A stretch of DNA of 64,000 bases, from assembly GCF_964213995.1 (NCBI RefSeq), contig NC_135805.1, forward strand, positions 146,072,001-146,136,000. Direction: 5' to 3'. The position numbers and the translations under genes are program-made. Under the pieces are notes generated by a model. The model was given only the letters and a program-made list of their open reading frames with translations, did no database searches and had not been told where the DNA came from. The DNA is from Mustelus asterias. Taxonomy: Eukaryota. Positions 62,996 to 64,000 of the stretch are shown here, piece by piece (position 1 is the first letter of the stretch; every line of letters starts with the position of its first letter).

Positions 62996-63168
62996 GCTCT
63001 GCTTTTCATAGCTGGATTTGCCATTCTGTGCCTGGCCCTTAATCTGCTGCTGATTCTCATTTACATCCTCCGACTCTGCTGCTGTTCCCCGGGGGAGCGA
63101 GAGGAGAGAAAGGAACAGCAATCATGCTGTACACATTGGAGCAGTGTGGTAGCAGTCATCATCTGCTG
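62996..63168 (+). CDS. ttyh1: Tweety homolog (TTYH1-like), coding exon 2 (TM1 and start of TM2)
   Basis: Pyrimidine tract and CACAG| acceptor. ALLFIAGFAILCLALNLLLILIYILRLCCC...SCCTHWSSVVAVIIC then TG|GTGAGT donor (phase 2). In frame with exon 1, giving EYQQALL. Confidence 0.9.
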
Positions 63169-63189
63169 GTGAGTGACAGGATCAGGGTG

Positions 63190-63763
63190 CTTTATATATA
63201 GAATAACAGATACCCGGAGTGAGTTACAGATTGGAATCTAATCAAGGGGTTGGGGGTGGTTTCTACATAGAATAACAGATACCTGGGAGTGAGTTACAGG
63301 CTAGAATCTAATCAAGGGGTTTGAGGTGGTTTCTGTATTGAATAACAGATACCTGGGAGTGATTTTCAGATTGGAATCTAATCGAGGGTTTCAGGGTGAT
63401 TTATATACAGAATAACAGATACCTGGGTGTTAATTACAGGCTGGAATCTAATCGAGGGGTTCGGGATGGTTTATATATAGAATAACAGATACCCTGGAGT
63501 GAGTTACAGACTAGAATCTAATAGAGGGGTTCGGGGTGGTTTATATATAAAATAACTGATACCTGGAGTGAGTTACAGACTGGAATCTAAACAAGGGGTT
63601 GAGGGAGTTTATATATAGAATAACAGATACCCGGGAGTGAGTTACAGACTGGAATCGAATTGAGGGGCTCAGGGGGTTTATATATAGAATAACATACCTG
63701 AGAGTGAGTTACAGACTGGAATCTAATCGAGGGATTTGGGGTAGTTTATATATCGAATAACAG
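63190..63763. repeat. About 70-bp minisatellite in ttyh intron 2 (about 8 units)
   Basis: AATAAC recurs at 63202, 63271, 63341, 63411, 63481, 63551, 63619, 63688 and 63756. Confidence 0.95.
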
Positions 63764-64000
63764 TGTTGTTCAAACCTGTGTGTTTTAACCTCTGTGACGA
63801 ATATAGTCACAAAGTCGACTTTAAATATTTCAACACAATTTCCTTTATTCTGTAGCTACTTAACCAACAATGAATACCTGCAATGCATAAACCAAATACT
63901 CACTATCTGTTACTTTACTTACCTTAAGGTTGATTTCCACTTGCAATTAAAACCTGGCCAGGATTTTGTTGTCACATGGAATCAGCCCTTTGTCCTCTTC

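Overview
Vertebrate genomic DNA, most likely a cartilaginous fish (inferred from HE1/V-SINE-type SINEs, dense CR1 and Penelope-type retroelements and the H2B tail type). The window holds a small replication-dependent histone cluster arranged as two diverged copies of a satellite-anchored duplication. Copy A (about 7.3-29 kb) has H2B(+), a truncated H2A pseudogene(+), H3(-), H4(-) and H1(-). Copy B (about 33.6-48.7 kb) has H2B(+), an orphan H2B 3' end, H2A(+) and H4(-). Each copy is preceded by a 17-bp satellite. After a 149-N gap come the first two coding exons of a tweety-family gene (ttyh1-like), with 33-bp and 70-bp minisatellites in its introns. The most notable non-obvious signals are: several minimal hammerhead ribozyme motifs in Penelope-like termini around the histone genes; an unannotated CpG promoter with candidate exons that is intact only in copy B; a U2 snRNA-like head on an unidentified element; and repeated short templated inversions. 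All very long ORFs in the track are artefacts of tandem repeats. Coordinates and alignments were read by eye.
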